From IMG/VR virus record IMGVR_UViG_3300050120_000121, positions 35,905-99,904 of that record: 64,000 nucleotides of DNA; one strand, 5' to 3'. The DNA comes from a virus. Of this stretch, positions 60,812-64,000 are shown piece by piece. Made by a program: the position numbers and the translations under genes. The notes beneath the pieces are model-generated. The model saw nothing but the letters and a program-made list of their open reading frames with translations. It made no database searches and was not told the DNA's origin. Each line of letters begins with the position of its first letter. Position 1 is the stretch's first letter.

Positions 60812-62568
60812 CAAATGACAATTCCCGTATTCGACGCTTATGGCTCAACGTCGGCCTATCCGTGGCCATCTGTGGTGATTTGGGTTTCGCGGGAGAAAAA
60901 GGTTTCCAAGTCCCGAAGCCGTTCTCCGCTCCCAAGACATTTCAATCACCGAAAGGTTTTGAGATCCCGCGACCGGAGAAGTCCGAACCTGTACCGAAAC
61001 CGATTCGCGAACCTGAACCCGTCAAACCGCTCAAACTGGAATTGCTCGTTCCGGTCTCATCGGCTCCGCTTTCGTCACCGATAGACGCTTCTGTGATACT
61101 TGGCGTCAACGGGAAAGACTCCAAGGGGCATGCGATTCAGGTTTTCGGATCAGGGACCGTGATTCTGTCGCATGACGGCAAATCGACGATCCTGACGTGT
61201 GCTCACAATCTGCGAGGGATTTCGCAACCGTCCATCTCGGTCACAAGCCAAACGAAACTCTACTCGGGAACCGTTCAGAGAATCGACGATCCGAATGACT
61301 TGGCGTTGATCGAGGTCAATGGCGAACTTCCCTACGTAGAACTGGCGGAATCAATCCCGAAGGTTGGCGACGTTCTGACTAGCATTGGATCGTCAGCGTC
61401 AAAGCTGGAAGAGCGATCTCACAAACTGACAGCCATCGACAAATACGACGCTCCGAAGAATTTCGAGACGGACGGCAAACAGGAACCCGGTCGATCTGGC
61501 GGCGGATTATTCTTCAACGGGGAACTCTGCGGAGTGATTCAGGGTCGCGTAGGAACGTCTCAACTGCCGATCTATGTCTCAGCCGATCCGATTCGCAATC
61601 TGCTCGCCCGTCAAGCGTACGGCGATTCACAGCAGACGGAAATCGAACTTTGGATGGCTCCATTTCGATGTCCACCATGTGACGTGTTGAATGCGTCGGT
61701 TGGCCAAGGGAATGAGCGAGTCAAAGTCGTCGGCCGGTACATCGCTCCGAAACACTGGAATCCGAGCGGCACATTTCCGTTTGTTCGAATCAAGGATTCA
61801 AAGGACCAATGGCATCTGTACCACGGCTTGCGGAATCTCGCGGATGTCGAAGGACAGATTGCGAAACTGAATCCGCCAGTTGTGTCGGCTCGATATGAAG
61901 GCGAAACACCATCGGGAGTGACGCTGAACGGGTCGGCAATCATCCAAACGGGATTCGATCGACTGACGGAATTCTTCGGCGACGGTTCTGAATTCGCGAT
62001 TGATTGGACGCGGATCGGCGGGAAAGACGCATTGCCCGCGAATGGCAAGTACACGAAAAAAGACATCTTCGGCAGTTCTGGCAGCATTTCGATTGGCGTG
62101 AAGTCAACGAAGAAACTCCCGGTGAACGCGATTCGATTCGGGTATCGTTTCGGACCAGGATCGGACGGTCGCGAAAAGCTGTTTCTGAAAACGGAAGATG
62201 AAATTGAATGCGAGATTCCTGAAACTGGCATCGTCGGTTCAGGTCCGCAAAAAGTCGGCATCATCCCGATATTCGTGGCTTACGAAGTCATTTCGCTGAT
62301 CTATGACGTCTACGCGTTGTTTAATCCGACAGTGGACGTGTTTCTCGGCGAGTCCGTATCCGTGAAGTCGAAACTCAGCCAGAACGTGTTGACAGTCACG
62401 ATGATCGACCCAATGCCGAGACTTCGGCTGAACTGGTCATTCTTTTTCGGATTCGTGAAATACGAATATTCCAGGGACTTCACGGGGCTGATCCTATCGC
62501 CGCAGAAGGGAACAATTCAATTCCATCATTCGCATTTTTACAGAGACGTTTCGTTGCCAATCCATTAA
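60808..62568 (+). CDS. Trypsin-like serine protease fused to a CPPC thioredoxin-like segment and a large C-terminal domain
   Basis: Signal-like N-terminus, GSG.V, LTCAH, DLALI, GRSGGGLF, RCPPC. Confidence 0.85.
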   Translation: MTNDNSRIRRLWLNVGLSVAICGDLGFAGEKGFQVPKPFSAPKTFQSPKGFEIPRPEKSEPVPKPIREPEPVKPLKLELLVPVSSAPLSSPIDASVILGVNGKDSKGHAIQVFGSGTVILSHDGKSTILTCAHNLRGISQPSISVTSQTKLYSGTVQRIDDPNDLALIEVNGELPYVELAESIPKVGDVLTSIGSSASKLEERSHKLTAIDKYDAPKNFETDGKQEPGRSGGGLFFNGELCGVIQGRVGTSQLPIYVSADPIRNLLARQAYGDSQQTEIELWMAPFRCPPCDVLNASVGQGNERVKVVGRYIAPKHWNPSGTFPFVRIKDSKDQWHLYHGLRNLADVEGQIAKLNPPVVSARYEGETPSGVTLNGSAIIQTGFDRLTEFFGDGSEFAIDWTRIGGKDALPANGKYTKKDIFGSSGSISIGVKSTKKLPVNAIRFGYRFGPGSDGREKLFLKTEDEIECEIPETGIVGSGPQKVGIIPIFVAYEVISLIYDVYALFNPTVDVFLGESVSVKSKLSQNVLTVTMIDPMPRLRLNWSFFFGFVKYEYSRDFTGLILSPQKGTIQFHHSHFYRDVSLPIH

Positions 62569-62578
62569 GGGGTTAATC

Positions 62579-62929
62579 ATGAATCGAAGATCGTTTGTCG
62601 GTTTGTTTGCATCGGCAGTTGCGTTGATTCCATTCGCAGGGTTCGCGAGCACTCCGGAGCGGATGAAGCTCACGGTAATTCACGAGCCACAAAACAAGTG
62701 GTATCGGGTCGTCGGATCGTTCGAGGCGAAGAAAAAGTTCCACTTTGCGTGGCAGACGAAGTTGTGGCCGGAATGGCAGCAGCACATTCGGCCACTGGAA
62801 GAGAGAACTGCGTTTCTGTGGGACATGATGCAAGGTCACGACGGCCTGTTCTCAACACCGAATCGACAGGTCGTCGAGGCGATCAAACACGCGATCTCAA
62901 ATTGCGGTTGCGTCGTGACTGTCCTCTAA
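62579..62929 (+). CDS. Protein with twin-arginine-like signal
   Basis: MNRRSFVGLFASAVALIPFA. Confidence 0.55.
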   Translation: MNRRSFVGLFASAVALIPFAGFASTPERMKLTVIHEPQNKWYRVVGSFEAKKKFHFAWQTKLWPEWQQHIRPLEERTAFLWDMMQGHDGLFSTPNRQVVEAIKHAISNCGCVVTVL

Positions 62930-63068
62930 AAACCAAAAGAAAACCATTCCATGATTTCGCTTCTGATTTGGGCCATCTGTGTTTTGATCTTCATCTACAT
63001 CGCGAAATCGACTTCATTATGCGAAATGTGGCGATGCCAAGCCTCAATCACGTGAACCGCAGATCAAT

Positions 63069-63826
63069 ATGTGGCTTCAGCGTCTCACCGATACCTCCGT
63101 CAGACTTCGCGACAAGTTGATTGATCTGGACAAACAATTGTCGACATCAATTTTGAACAACTGTTCGCCAGTCGATGGGGACAATATTAAAAGCATTGAC
63201 GAAGAGCTTTGCGGATTCGCGACTCAGATCCGAGAGATCGAGCGAATCCTTCTGGGTGCCGAGTATGTCGCGGATTCCATCAAAAGCCGTTGCGAGATTT
63301 GATTGATGAATCTGTTCTCGATATTCAAGAGGAAACGAGAATCCTATTCAGGTGAGATTCACCACGTTTGCCATACGGAACTTCAATTCAAGCATTCGCC
63401 AGCAGTTCGGATATCCGCCCTAAAAGAGAAGTGGCGGCGAATGTCGGATAGTGAAGTCTGGAGCGAAGTCACAGCGATGTCTGAAGATTTCGCAAGAGGC
63501 GGACCGAACGGCGAAGGATACTGGTTTATGCACATCCTGAAGGAATGCAAGATCAAGATCGGACGGACAAAGGTGCTTCGCTGCTACAAATGCGACGAGG
63601 AATTGACGGTGGTTCCGTGAAAAAGCCGAAGCCATTTGAGAAAGGATGCAAATTAAGATCAGCGGAACTCGCAAGAATTCGAGCACTGTTTCCGCCGTGG
63701 CAGGGAGGTTGGATTCTCATGCGTGACGGCTTTCAATGGTTCGGTCCAGATGGTCCGAGAAATCCGTGGTATCCCGACAACTATCCCGATTCGATGAAAA
63801 TGGGAATCAATCACGCATCAAATTGA
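63069..63826 (+). other. Small hypothetical phage ORFs (63069-63302, 63303-63620, about 63617-63826)
   Basis: Tightly coupled ORFs. Confidence 0.5.
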
Positions 63827-64000
63827 AATGAACGAATGTCGGACCGAACCTATCGACCATACTGGCGGTTCGGCAAGGAAGCCTTCTGCGACAAATGCAA
63901 CCGGGGATGTTTGGTGTTCAAACGAGAAAAAACGTCAAGCGGAGTGATTGTTCAGCATCGCCGGTGTAAAGGATGCGGAAAGACATGCCTGACGACTTAT

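Larger units (their letters stand above)
1..64000. mobile_element. Tailed phage/prophage segment (siphovirus-like), ends not in window
   Basis: Capsid, neck, tail tube, chaperone, tape measure, replication initiator, DnaB, ERF/YqaJ and dense small overlapping ORFs throughout; no block of host housekeeping genes. Confidence 0.95.

Overview
The whole window reads as one tailed (siphovirus-like) phage or prophage segment; the host is probably a planctomycete (inference from the pilin-type protein, csrA and the style of the structural and envelope proteins). Gene order: HK97-type capsid, neck and non-contractile tail module (1-17.5 kb, with a -1 frameshifted tail chaperone); a complete antisense prepilin-type gene; a leftward small-ORF operon; then a long rightward early/replication/recombination region (DnaQ-like exonuclease, initiator with iterons, DnaB, CsrA, ERF, YqaJ, DnaN, several HNH genes), an atypical CAU tRNA, and a candidate lysis/envelope cassette built from membrane proteins, a lipoprotein, a papain-like protease and a trypsin-thioredoxin fusion rather than a recognisable peptidoglycan hydrolase. 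Two single-transposase cargo transposons are delimited exactly by terminal inverted repeats and target duplications: 22585-28126 (IS4-family, carries a DUF262-HNH GmrSD-like nuclease, splits a phage HNH gene) and 41031-44878 (SWIM-DDE transposase plus P63C, splits csrA). There is also an IS1-like relic, a duplicated 96-bp palindromic promoter module, an array of small genes separated by conserved hairpin spacers, and several candidate structured RNAs. No integrase, terminase, portal, CRISPR array or reverse transcriptase is visible. All family assignments are from motif recognition by eye; no searches were run.
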